NCBI GenBank assembly: GCA_029219585.1
Contig: JAQXTR010000083.1
Coordinates: 28,978-92,977 of the forward strand
Source: Clostridiales bacterium
GTDB lineage: Bacteria; Bacillota; Clostridia; UBA1381
DNA length: 64,000 nt
Direction: 5' to 3'
The position numbers and the translations under genes were made by a program. Under the pieces are notes generated by a model that searched no databases, was not told the DNA's origin, and saw nothing but the letters and a program-made list of their open reading frames with translations. Below are positions 1 to 9,393 of this stretch, one piece after another. Position 1 is the first letter of the stretch, and each line of letters starts with the position of its first letter.

Positions 1-585
1 CTTAACCGCCTGCTGTGAAACGTACTTGTGGCTTGTGCCGTGGAAGCCGTACTTTCTTATTCTGTCCTCCTCGTAGATTTCATACGGAAGAGCGTACATA
101 AACGCCTTTGCCGGCATTGTCTGATGGAAAGCTGTATCAAATACACCAACCATCGGAGTATCGGGCATAATCTTCTTGCAGGCGTTTATACCTATAATAT
201 TGGGCGGATTATGGAGCGGCGCAAGCGGTGTACACTTATCCAGTGCCTTCATAACTGCCTCAGTTATGATTGTTGAATCGGTAAACTCCTCAGCACCGTG
301 TACCACTCTGTGTCCTACCGCGCCGATTTCATCCATTGAGGATATAACGCCTATTTCCGGATCAACAAGCGCATCAATAACCATCTGTATCGCATCACCG
401 TGATCCTTCATCGGTTTTTCAATCTTCTTCTTATCAAGTCCCTTTAACACGCACGTGTGCTGAAGGTTTGAACCCTCAATTCCTATTCTCTCGCAGAGAC
501 CCTTTGCCATCACGCTCTTGTTGTCCATATCAATAAGCTGATATTTAAGCGATGAGCTTCCGGCATTTATAACCAATATCTTCAT
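1..585 (-). CDS. ackA: acetate kinase, N-terminal ~195 codons (rest of gene lies outside the window)
   Basis: Own minus-strand translation from ATG at 585-583: [17 protein letters not shown]...DTAFHQTMP...FHGTSHKY, a canonical acetate kinase N-terminus. AGGA RBS upstream. Lies directly downstream of pta. Absent from the ORF track because no stop falls in the window. Confidence 0.9.
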   Translation of the reverse strand, partial: MKILVINAGSSSLKYQLIDMDNKSVMAKGLCERIGIEGSNLQHTCVLKGLDKKKIEKPMKDHGDAIQMVIDALVDPEIGVISSMDEIGAVGHRVVHGAEEFTDSTIITEAVMKALDKCTPLAPLHNPPNIIGINACKKIMPDTPMVGVFDTAFHQTMPAKAFMYALPYEIYEEDRIRKYGFHGTSHKYVSQQAVK

Positions 586-659
586 ATTTTTTTCCTTTCA
601 AAATCAATTAATATTTTCATGTGTCTAAGCTGCAGGATTCACAGCAAATCATGTGCGGC

Positions 660-1664
660 TTACGCCTGTGCCTGAACTGCAGTAATAGCTACCACTCCTG
701 CTATATCCTCAGCTACGCATCCGCGCGAGAGGTCATTTACCGGAGCGGCAATTCCCTGAAGAACCGGACCGTATGCTTCAGCCTTGCCCAGTCTCTGCGC
801 AATCTTATAACCGATGTTTCCTGCATTAAGATCCGGGAACACCAGAACATTTGCCTTACCCGCAACGGATGAACCCGGAGCCTTTGCCGCACCTACGCCG
901 GGAACAATTGCAGCGTCAAACTGAAGCTCGCCGTCAAGAGCAAAATCAAGACTGCGCTCTGCCATTTTTTCTTTTGCAAGTCTTGTTGCCTCCTGCATCT
1001 TATCAACCAACGGATCCTTCGCGCTGCCATATGTAGAGAATGACAGCATTGCAACCTTAGGTTCAGCACCCACAAGCTGCTTAAAGGAAGCAGCGGATGA
1101 AAGCGCTATTTCCGCAACGTCATCTGCCGACGGATTCATGTTAAGACCCGAATCGCCGAATACAAATGTACCGTTCTCGCCGAATTCACAGTCGGGAACA
1201 TTGATTACAAAGAATGCCGAAACAAGCTTTGTACCCGGAGCAGTCTTAAGAATCTGAAGCGACGGTCTGATAACATTAGCCGATGAATTGATCGCTCCCG
1301 CAACCATGCCGTCAACCTTACCGGTCTTAACCATCATTACACCGTAATAAAGCGGATCCTTAACGGTTTCTCTCGCCTGTTCAAGAGTCACTCCCTTTTT
1401 CTTTCTCAATTCCGCAAACAGCTCCGCAAATTCCTCGCTGCCCTCTGCCGGATTAATAATTTCAATACCTTCAATATCAAGTCCTTCATCCTCGGCAATC
1501 TTCTTGATCTTTGTCGGATCGCCCAACAGAACATTTTTAGCATACCCCTCAGCCTTGACAATCGCCGCAGCCTGAATGGTTCTCAGTTCCTCGCCTTCTG
1601 CAAGGACAATGGTCTTCATATCTGACTTTGCCTTCGCTTTTACACTGTCAATAAATTTTCCCAT
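660..1664 (-). CDS. pta: phosphate acetyltransferase
   Basis: 334 aa with full-length Pta-like sequence (TIVLAEGEE...AGAINSSANVIRP...DLSRG). GGAGAG RBS. TTGAAA-17-TATAAT promoter upstream. Confidence 0.93.
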   Translation of the reverse strand: MGKFIDSVKAKAKSDMKTIVLAEGEELRTIQAAAIVKAEGYAKNVLLGDPTKIKKIAEDEGLDIEGIEIINPAEGSEEFAELFAELRKKKGVTLEQARETVKDPLYYGVMMVKTGKVDGMVAGAINSSANVIRPSLQILKTAPGTKLVSAFFVINVPDCEFGENGTFVFGDSGLNMNPSADDVAEIALSSAASFKQLVGAEPKVAMLSFSTYGSAKDPLVDKMQEATRLAKEKMAERSLDFALDGELQFDAAIVPGVGAAKAPGSSVAGKANVLVFPDLNAGNIGYKIAQRLGKAEAYGPVLQGIAAPVNDLSRGCVAEDIAGVVAITAVQAQA

Positions 1665-1785
1665 TTGTAAAAACTCTCCTTCATAAATATTAAGATACTA
1701 TGATTATACACCCAATTTCATAAAATTTCAAGATATAATAAGAAAAAAGTGCATTAAATCAAAAAAAATCAAAAAACATTATCGT

Positions 1786-2367
1786 TTATTGCTCTTGTTT
1801 GATGCTCATATTTCCCAAGCCGCAGCTTACATTAATCTTTATACCGTCTGCGCTGCCGGATCTGAAATGTCTGCCGGCTCTGATGCCGTCAACCTCAAGA
1901 CATCCTGCCCCGCAAAAGGCTTCTATGTAATAATCGCGGACATTTTTGCGCAGCACCGTCTTTAAGCTGCCGAAACCGCAGCTTATATCCGCACCGATTA
2001 AAGGCGTTAAATATATTTCGCTGCTGCCATATGCGGAAGATATTATTACGCGTCTTGCCGTTATCTGCCTGAACCTCGTTCTGCATTTCTTAAGATCAAG
2101 CTCTACAGTCCCCGCATCAAGCGCGGACGAATAAATACCGGCATTGACCGCTTTTATTTTTATCAACTCCGGTCTGCAATCCGATGGCAGCACCACAACC
2201 GCATCCGAACCGCTTTTAAGCTCCGGATCGCTTACCGCATGCCATATATTATTTTCTGTATAGCACAAAAAGCGGGAATCACTGTTCACCTCAAAATTAT
2301 TCCCATAAATTATTCGGTAATATCCGTTGGAAAGCTCCAGCTCAACACCTATTATTTTTTTATCCAT
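1786..2367 (-). CDS. hypothetical protein (beta-rich, no signal peptide)
   Basis: Long ORF whose track start is TTG; first ATG at 2367 gives MDKKIIGVELEL. No family recognised by eye and the RBS is weak. Confidence 0.5.
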   Translation of the reverse strand: MDKKIIGVELELSNGYYRIIYGNNFEVNSDSRFLCYTENNIWHAVSDPELKSGSDAVVVLPSDCRPELIKIKAVNAGIYSSALDAGTVELDLKKCRTRFRQITARRVIISSAYGSSEIYLTPLIGADISCGFGSLKTVLRKNVRDYYIEAFCGAGCLEVDGIRAGRHFRSGSADGIKINVSCGLGNMSIKQEQ

Positions 2368-2768
2368 AGTTCTGTCACACAATAAAACTCGTTAACTTCT
2401 TTCTTTATATGCCGTATCCCGGTCAAGAATGGGCTTAAGTCTAATGAATAATATTCCTTATATTTCTATTATAAATTATTATCCGTACTTTGTCAAGACA
2501 GTTCTCACATCAGATGCCGCAACAGCACATTCGCAGGAGGAAATTCGGTTAATACGTCAATGTACAATCTGTGTTTTATATGATATAACAAAAACATAAA
2601 TTGAAATTCGATGTTCTTTTTATGTTTTTATAAAATATTCCAAAACGAATAAATCGTAACCGAGGGAAGAAATTGTCAGCAAAAGTATATGGCGAAAAAA
2701 TCTTGCAGGCTCAATAAGAAAAGCACCGTAACTTCAATACTCTTCGTATCAAAATCATAGTGCTTTTG

Positions 2769-2842
2769 TGGCTGCGGAATCAGGATTCGAACCCGAACAG
2801 AGTGAGTCAGAGTCACTAGTGCTACCCTTACACAATTCCGCA
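2769..2842 (-). tRNA. tRNA-Gln (anticodon CUG), CCA encoded
   Basis: RNA sense TGCGGAATTGTGTAAGGGTAGCACTAGTGACTCTGACTCACTCTGTTCGGGTTCGAATCCTGATTCCGCAGCCA. Folds as a cloverleaf: 7-bp acceptor, anticodon loop CTCTGAC with U33 and A37, T-loop TTCGAAT. Confidence 0.9.
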
Positions 2843-3013
2843 ATATTTAGTTTGAATCGGTTGTCTCTCAACCAACGAAAACTATTATAGCAGATATTTG
2901 TTTGTTTGTCAATACTTTTTCAAAAAGTTTTTCAAAAAATTTACGCAAATTTTAAGGGTTTCCGTTTTCCGTATTTTGTTTTTATTGTACCGAAAGCTTC
3001 ATACAATCACTCA

Positions 3014-5356
3014 CTAATGCCTTGACGAGGGTTGCATGATTGCCATAACAAGTGCCGCAGCCTCCGCTCTTGTGGTGAAGCTTTCCGGTCTTATAGTGTT
3101 ATCCTCAAAGCCTCTTATTATATTCAGCGCCGCAAGCTTTTTAAATGAATCAACCGCCCAGAGCGGGATACTGTCCTTGTCTGCGTAGCTAAGCTCTGCA
3201 GATTTATTTTCATCGATTGTTCTTCCCATAACGGCAAATGCCTCCGAACGCTTTATATTATCCTCCGGGGCAAAGTAGGCGGTCGCTCCGTTATCATCAG
3301 AACGTCCGTTAATATAGCCCATACCTACCATTGCCTTGACATAATCCACAGCCCATGGCTGTATGTCTGCACTGTCGGTAAAATTAAGCTCTGCTTCGCT
3401 GTATTTCTTCACATCTATCCCAAGCGCATTGCACATCACTGCCGCAAACTGTATTCTTGTTATATTACTGTCCGGTTTAAACAGACGCTGTCCGTCCTCT
3501 TCAAAGCCGTTTATTATTCCTCTGTCTGCCATCTGCTCTATAATATCATGCGCCCAATGCCCGGAAATGTCGGAAAACGTATCCTTCTCAACAACATATA
3601 TCGGAATCTCTTTTGTCGTTTTCCCCGCGGATATTCTTAGAACAGCGCTTTTACTGCCGTCATCCTTCAGCGATACCGTCCCGTCCTCGTCAACCGTACC
3701 CAGACTGCCGTCAAGCTCCCACCGGAAAAGACTCGGATATGCCTGAAGCCGCACACCGTTTACGTACGCAGCCGCCTCCAGGTCAAAATTCCGCATTGTT
3801 CCCTCCTCCAAATAAAGTGCATCAACGCCTCCGCCGTTCGATTCGTCCGTTAGCCGTATTTCCTCCGGATTTTCATAAACGGCAAAATCAAAGCTCGTGC
3901 TGTAAGAGCTCCCGGTTACATATACGATTGACTGTCCCGTACCCTTAAAGGTTATATGTCCCTCATCATCAACCGTTGTCGCAGCGCTGTCTGTATTTTC
4001 CACACTGTAGCTTACGCCTGTAAGTGAATCCATTCTGTAGTTGCCCGTATCATATACCGATGACGCCTCAAGCTGAACCGATGTTCCTGCAAGGAAGTTT
4101 CTATCCGATATTTCCCTCCACTCTACATACCACGGGATTCCCGTCTGAGCGCGCATATCCTTTAAAAACAAATAATTTGCGCAGCTTCTCAGCGTGCCGT
4201 CCGAAGGTCTGTTGGTGACACTAAATATTTCACTGCCCGGAAAAACCGCCCCTATAGCCGTTGAGCCGCCGCCGTCAAGGTTTAATGCGTCTATGCATCC
4301 CAGCTCCTGCATCCGTTTTGCCAGAGTTTTTATCTGCGCGCCGTAGCTGTATCCGCTCTGACGTCCGTCAAGAGTATAAAATATCACCGTTCCGTCATCC
4401 CTAACTCCTGCCGCTGTCCTGGGCGCCGCGCCCGCCTCAAAGCCGCTTCCGATTACACCGTTATTTATGAGTCTTCCCCCTATTGATGAGGTCGCAAATT
4501 CTGCCTGCTCCCAGTTGTATCTTTCAGCGCCGTACACGGAATTTGCAAACGTGACCGTATCTCCCGGCGCAAGCCTTGATACCATATCCACGCAGTCCGC
4601 ATTCCCGTCCGGATCCATAACAAAAACAACCTTACCGTCAGGAATTGCTATATCTCCGTCATAAATATATACCTCGTCCACTCTGAGTGTCATTGTTGAG
4701 TTCAGCGTCAGATCCCCCTGCGTCGGCGTACATACTGCAAATAATGCTTTATAATTAGTATGCGTTGTATCGGCAAAATCATCGGTGAGCATATACAGAC
4801 CGTTCAGTCCGTCCTGAGACCATTTGTTTATATACTGAACCATGACCTTTCTGCTGCCATCGGACAGGGACGCGTCAATACCTATTTTGTCAATAAATGC
4901 CGTTCCGTCCTTGCGGAACCCTACAGCGTCCTGTATTCCCGCCTCCTTTGAAAAGATTCTTCCGTCTATTATGGTATAGCCCATAGGAATTCCTGTCGTT
5001 AAGGAGAAAAAATCGGCATTGATTCCTATAAGCGGTCTCATATTGTTACTGCGCATATATTCAGCCGCAGAGGTAATAGTCCGCTTGCCCCATACACTCG
5101 CCCCGTTTACCACCACAGGAACCGCCTCATTATTCGGTCTGTACTCCACATAGTTCTCCGTCTGCTTCCCGACCGATGACGAATCGAATACATTATGATA
5201 ATACGTTGCTCCGCCTCCCATATCTGTTTTCCAGCTCTCTGAGGTTTCCGCTCCCAGTATTGACGCAAACGCCTGCACTCCCGTTGACGCAGCGGCAACT
5301 GCTCCCGCTGCCGCTATAACTATCTTTAACATATTATATTTAATCAAATTTATCAT
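3014..5356 (-). CDS. cell-surface phosphodiester glycosidase (NAGPA/DUF2233-like) with three C-terminal SLH domains
   Basis: ALNLDGGGSTA motif typical of the phosphodiester glycosidase family. C-terminal SLH repeats (FSDISGHWAHDII..., FTDSADIQPWAVDYV..., YADKDSIPLWAVDSF...). Start moved to ATG 5356 (MINLIKYNMLKIVIAAAG, signal peptide) behind an AAAGGGA RBS. Confidence 0.8.
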   Translation of the reverse strand: MINLIKYNMLKIVIAAAGAVAAASTGVQAFASILGAETSESWKTDMGGGATYYHNVFDSSSVGKQTENYVEYRPNNEAVPVVVNGASVWGKRTITSAAEYMRSNNMRPLIGINADFFSLTTGIPMGYTIIDGRIFSKEAGIQDAVGFRKDGTAFIDKIGIDASLSDGSRKVMVQYINKWSQDGLNGLYMLTDDFADTTHTNYKALFAVCTPTQGDLTLNSTMTLRVDEVYIYDGDIAIPDGKVVFVMDPDGNADCVDMVSRLAPGDTVTFANSVYGAERYNWEQAEFATSSIGGRLINNGVIGSGFEAGAAPRTAAGVRDDGTVIFYTLDGRQSGYSYGAQIKTLAKRMQELGCIDALNLDGGGSTAIGAVFPGSEIFSVTNRPSDGTLRSCANYLFLKDMRAQTGIPWYVEWREISDRNFLAGTSVQLEASSVYDTGNYRMDSLTGVSYSVENTDSAATTVDDEGHITFKGTGQSIVYVTGSSYSTSFDFAVYENPEEIRLTDESNGGGVDALYLEEGTMRNFDLEAAAYVNGVRLQAYPSLFRWELDGSLGTVDEDGTVSLKDDGSKSAVLRISAGKTTKEIPIYVVEKDTFSDISGHWAHDIIEQMADRGIINGFEEDGQRLFKPDSNITRIQFAAVMCNALGIDVKKYSEAELNFTDSADIQPWAVDYVKAMVGMGYINGRSDDNGATAYFAPEDNIKRSEAFAVMGRTIDENKSAELSYADKDSIPLWAVDSFKKLAALNIIRGFEDNTIRPESFTTRAEAAALVMAIMQPSSRH

Positions 5357-5564
5357 TTCCCTTTCACACAAATCTCTATTTATTTTATCACATCTGCCCT
5401 TATAAATCAACCTATATACCTTAATTGAAGTTTTTTTCCATACCAAAATCATAAATAACACACAAACTGATCAGAGAAATCTTAATTTGCTATTGTATTT
5501 TTGGCCGAATTGTGATACAATATTATTATATTTATTTAGATTGTATTGCATTTTGGAGGAAAAA

Positions 5565-6020
5565 ATGGAAGAAACTCTTATTGAACAATATATTAATGAA
5601 GCGGGTGAATTTATAGCGGTTCCGGTGGGCACAAGTATGTATCCAATGCTCCGTAACAGACGGGATAGTGTATATCTGGTGAAATATGACGGTAAGGGGC
5701 TGAAAAAATATGATCTGCCGGTATATAAGAGGAGCAATGATCAGCAGGTTATGCACCGTTGCCTCGGCAAGGATGAAAGAGGCTATATAATGTGCGGCGA
5801 TAACCAATGGATTAAGGAATACGGCATACAGGAGCAACAGATTATCGCGGTTGCAAAAGGATTCTACCGTGATGAAAAATATATCAGCAGCGACAATCTG
5901 CTTTATAAGCTTTATGTACGGCTCTGGACCTCAAATCTGTTTCTTCGCAGATGTGCACTCCATTTCATTCACAAAATCATTCCCCGCCAAAAAATAATGG
6001 AAAACTATAAAAATATTTAA
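5565..6020 (+). CDS. S24/S26-type (Ser/His, SipW-like) peptidase-fold protein without a TM segment
   Basis: GTSMYPML, VMHRCLG and CGDNQW motifs resemble signal-peptidase boxes. Start reset to ATG 5565 (MEETLIEQ) behind GGAGGA. 19 nt upstream of the next gene. Confidence 0.6.
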   Translation: MEETLIEQYINEAGEFIAVPVGTSMYPMLRNRRDSVYLVKYDGKGLKKYDLPVYKRSNDQQVMHRCLGKDERGYIMCGDNQWIKEYGIQEQQIIAVAKGFYRDEKYISSDNLLYKLYVRLWTSNLFLRRCALHFIHKIIPRQKIMENYKNI

Positions 6021-6039
6021 CTGAAAGGAAGTCTGTAAT

Positions 6040-7734
6040 ATGAAGAAAAAAACCATAGCCGGTCTTGCCGCTCTGGGTACGGTGCTTGGTGTCGCCGCTG
6101 TTGCCGGTGTCGCCGCATCCAGGAAAAAGAAACAGAAGCAGCTCAGAGAAAAAGACAACATGACACTTCCGCCAAAGAGGAATATTTACTTTGCAGGCGG
6201 CGGTCTTGCAGCGCTCTCAGGCGCATATTATCTTATTCATGACTGTAATATACCGGGTGACTGTATACATATATTTGAGGAATCCTCAAATATAGGCGGA
6301 GCCTTTAATGTCGGTGGCGACAGTGAAAACGGCTATGTATGCACATCACCAAAGCTTCTTTCGTTAAAGAACCATGCGAACCTTATGGATATGCTTAAAG
6401 GGCTTCAATCGGTAAATATTGAAGACGTGAGCGTCTATGATGAGATTGTCGGCTTTATGAAATCAAACCCGATAAAAGAAAATGCCAGAATCATAAGTGC
6501 TGACGGCGGTATTGTTTCGTCCGGTTTTGAGCTTGATAAAGCTTCAATCAAAAACATCAAAGCGCTGCTCAGCTTTAAGGATTATGAGATTTCGGAAATG
6601 TCAGTTGTTGAATATTTCTCTGACTCGCCGAAATTTCTTTCTTCAAACCTCTGGACTCTCGTATCAACGGCATATATGCTTACAGAAAAATCCTCCGCAG
6701 TTGAGCTGAAGCATATTCTTAACTGTGTTTCGGGCGAAATCAATGATCTGTTTAGCATGGAAAATACCGTAAGATCGCAGTTCAACCTCCAGGAAACTGT
6801 GATAAAAGCGCTTGAGAATTACCTTAACGGACATAATGTAAATTTTGCTACAAATTGCAGTGTGATTGATGTTGACTTTGAGGAAAGCTGCAACAGATTG
6901 AGCGCTATTCACCTTGACGACAACGGCACGGCAAAAACCTTCTATCTGAACAAGAATGACCTTTGCTTTATAACAAACGGCTCTGTCAGCGAGTGCGCCT
7001 CAATCGGGGATTATAACTGTCCCGCTCCAAAGCATGAAGGACTTCCCGCCTCCGCTGCGCTCTGGTCAAAAATGACAGACAAACGTGACGGCTTCGGCAA
7101 TTCCTCCCGCTTCTACACAGATTCGGATACAGAGATCATCTCCTTTACAATAACAGCAAGATCGTCAAAGCTTCTCGACTATATAAAGCAGTTCACCTGC
7201 AACACAGAGAGTCACGGCGCAATAACCACCTTCAAGGATTCTCCCTGGGGGCTTACCGTTTCGACCGTTCCGCAGCCCTATTTCTCATCACAGACGGATG
7301 ACATTACGGTAATCCTGTGCTACGGTGTCAATACGGCAGCCGAGGGACGTTATATTGACAAGGAAATGCGACACTGCAGCGGCGCGGAGCTTCTCTTTGA
7401 GCTTATTAAATATCTTAAGCTTGAGGAGCGCTGGGAGGAGATCACCGAGGATATAATAAATGTTATCCCATGCGCTATGCCGTATGCAGCCGCTTCATCG
7501 CTCCCTTATTCAGATAATGATAAGCCTATTATTGTTAAGGATAAGGAGGCAAACTTTGCTTTTATAGGTCAGTTTGCAAAGCTCGGCGGCGGCATTTCAT
7601 ACAGCAGCGAATATGCAGTGAGAACCGCACGCGAGGCGGCATACCGTCTTACAGATACAAAAAAGCATTCAGCGCCGCCTCCCAAAGCGGTTATGGCATC
7701 ATATGTCAAGATGTTCAGGGCTCTTAAAAAGTAA
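6040..7734 (+). CDS. oleate hydratase / MCRA-family FAD protein, divergent, with an N-terminal membrane anchor
   Basis: Collinear by eye with MCRA/oleate hydratases (YFAGGGLAALSGAYYL..IHIFEE..NIGGA; LCFITNGSVSE; NFAFIGQFAKL..SSEYAVRTAREAAYRL). N-terminus is MKKKTIAGLAALGTVLGVAAVAGVAASRKKKQKQ. Confidence 0.75.
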   Translation: MKKKTIAGLAALGTVLGVAAVAGVAASRKKKQKQLREKDNMTLPPKRNIYFAGGGLAALSGAYYLIHDCNIPGDCIHIFEESSNIGGAFNVGGDSENGYVCTSPKLLSLKNHANLMDMLKGLQSVNIEDVSVYDEIVGFMKSNPIKENARIISADGGIVSSGFELDKASIKNIKALLSFKDYEISEMSVVEYFSDSPKFLSSNLWTLVSTAYMLTEKSSAVELKHILNCVSGEINDLFSMENTVRSQFNLQETVIKALENYLNGHNVNFATNCSVIDVDFEESCNRLSAIHLDDNGTAKTFYLNKNDLCFITNGSVSECASIGDYNCPAPKHEGLPASAALWSKMTDKRDGFGNSSRFYTDSDTEIISFTITARSSKLLDYIKQFTCNTESHGAITTFKDSPWGLTVSTVPQPYFSSQTDDITVILCYGVNTAAEGRYIDKEMRHCSGAELLFELIKYLKLEERWEEITEDIINVIPCAMPYAAASSLPYSDNDKPIIVKDKEANFAFIGQFAKLGGGISYSSEYAVRTAREAAYRLTDTKKHSAPPPKAVMASYVKMFRALKK

Positions 7735-7800
7735 AGTAACATCGGCACGGATACGATACGGCTTGTAATTTTACAGCTTTTGGTTTTCTTACCATAGAAA

Positions 7801-7862
7801 AATCCCCTTAGGCAGACACATGAAATATCTTTGTTGTTTCATGTGTCTGCTCTAAGGGGATT
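7801..7862. terminator. bidirectional hairpin terminator between convergent genes
   Basis: About 25-bp inverted repeat aatccccttaggcagacacatgaaa / tttcatgtgtctgctctaaggggatt, lying between the stops at 7734 (+) and 7895 (-). Confidence 0.7.
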
Positions 7863-7894
7863 ATATTATGTAATTACATTATTATTCCATTATC

Positions 7895-9187
7895 TTATTC
7901 AGCAGCGTCCTCTGCAGGTGCTTCTGCTTCAACAGCTTCTTCTGCTGCTGCCTCAGGTTCTGATTCAACAGATTCCTCTGCCGCTTTCTCAGCTTCTGCA
8001 GCAGCTTCTGTAGCAGCAGGCTCTTCCGCTATTTCCGGTGCGTTATCTACCGTTTCTTCCGTTGCATCAGCTCCGGGCACAGTTTCTTCCGCAGCTTCCT
8101 CTGTCAACACTTCCGTTGCCTCATCAACCACCTTCTCGAACGTCAGATTTGTGAGGTATCTCTGAAGCATTGTTGCCATTTCAGCTCTTGTTACATGGTT
8201 CTGCGGAGCAATCCATTTATCACCCTTACCCTTAATAATGCCTACAGCAACAGACCACTGCATTGCATCAACAGCATAATCGGATACCTTATCCCAGTCC
8301 ATGAGCAGCTCGCTCTTTGAACGCTCACCGGTTTCATTAGCAATCTGATAAGCTCTGAAAATTGCTGAAACAACTTCTTCTCTTGTAAGTGCTGTTGAAC
8401 CGTCGAAATCAGCTCCCATAAAGTCATCCATAATTCCGTGATCCAAAGCCCATTTCTCAGCTTCATCAGCCCATGTATCACCCTCTGTTACAATGTCGAG
8501 CTTGTCTGAATGGATTCTGTACAGGATAACCGCAAGCTGCGCACGGGTAATATCTCCATACGGATTAAAGTGAGTATTATCAATACCCTTTATCAGTCCG
8601 TTCTCATACGCAAATGTAACATAATCTGTAAACCATGCGTTTTGACAATCATCAAACGGATTTATTCCTGTTTTCTCTATTTTAACAACATCAGGCTTTT
8701 CTGTCGGTGCTTGTGTCGCTTTTACTTCGGGTTCTGCAGTCTCCTTTTGTTCGGGAACGGCTGTCGCTGTAGCCTCAGCTGCCTCTGTTGCTGAGGGAGT
8801 CTCTGTCGCTGTATTATCAACAGCCTCCGTTGCTGCGGGAGCCTCCGTTGCTGCGGGAGCCTCTGTCGCTGTATTATCAACAGTCTCCGTTGGTGCCGGA
8901 GCCTCTGTTACTGTACCGTCAACTGCCTCACTGCCGTCCTTATCCGACTCTGACGGAGCTTCATCCTTTGTTCCGTTCTTCTCTGCCTCCGGTATTACAG
9001 GTGCAGTATTCTCATCGGTATTGTCTTGTGCATTATCTTTAGCCGTATCCGCCTCACCACCGACTTCTACAGTTTCTGTTATCTCTTCCTGCACTCCTGC
9101 TGTGTCCGTTTCATCAGCAAATACAATTGCAGTACCTGTGCTGATTGCCATTACAGCTGCGCAAAAAAATGCGATATACTTTGTCAT
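7895..9187 (-). CDS. SLH-domain surface protein with Thr/Ala/Glu-rich repeats
   Basis: Signal peptide MTKYIAFFCAAVMAISTGTAIVFA. Repeats VDNTATEAPAATEA. SLH modules (FDDCQNAWFTDYV..., ITRAQLAVILYR, HVTRAEMATML). Acidic C-terminal tail. GGAGGA RBS. Confidence 0.85.
   Translation of the reverse strand: MTKYIAFFCAAVMAISTGTAIVFADETDTAGVQEEITETVEVGGEADTAKDNAQDNTDENTAPVIPEAEKNGTKDEAPSESDKDGSEAVDGTVTEAPAPTETVDNTATEAPAATEAPAATEAVDNTATETPSATEAAEATATAVPEQKETAEPEVKATQAPTEKPDVVKIEKTGINPFDDCQNAWFTDYVTFAYENGLIKGIDNTHFNPYGDITRAQLAVILYRIHSDKLDIVTEGDTWADEAEKWALDHGIMDDFMGADFDGSTALTREEVVSAIFRAYQIANETGERSKSELLMDWDKVSDYAVDAMQWSVAVGIIKGKGDKWIAPQNHVTRAEMATMLQRYLTNLTFEKVVDEATEVLTEEAAEETVPGADATEETVDNAPEIAEEPAATEAAAEAEKAAEESVESEPEAAAEEAVEAEAPAEDAAE
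8797..8916. repeat. 60-bp tandem duplication containing an 18-bp tandem (8823-8858), inside the SLH gene
   Basis: ctctgtcgctgtattatcaacag occurs at 8801 and again at 8861. gcctccgttgctgcggga occurs twice back-to-back. Confidence 0.8.
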
Positions 9188-9284
9188 AATCTTTTCCTCC
9201 TTAAATATATTCTTAAGAAAGGGTAATCCACCGCCGTAAACGGTATCATTATCCGTTTTTTACATCACTATCTTATACATATTC

Positions 9285-9313
9285 ATTATACCAATTTCAG
9301 TTTGGTATGTCAA
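9285..9313 (-). promoter_or_regulatory. sigma-A type promoter of the SLH protein gene
   Basis: On the minus strand TTGACA-17 nt-TATAAT. It leaves a ~90-nt leader with a hairpin (aaacggataatgataccgttt). Confidence 0.65.
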
Positions 9314-9393
9314 TAACTTTATGATTTTTAATTAAAATTTAGCAAATTGCACATATATTGTCTACATTTTTTATCCCAAATGTCCAGTCTTAT

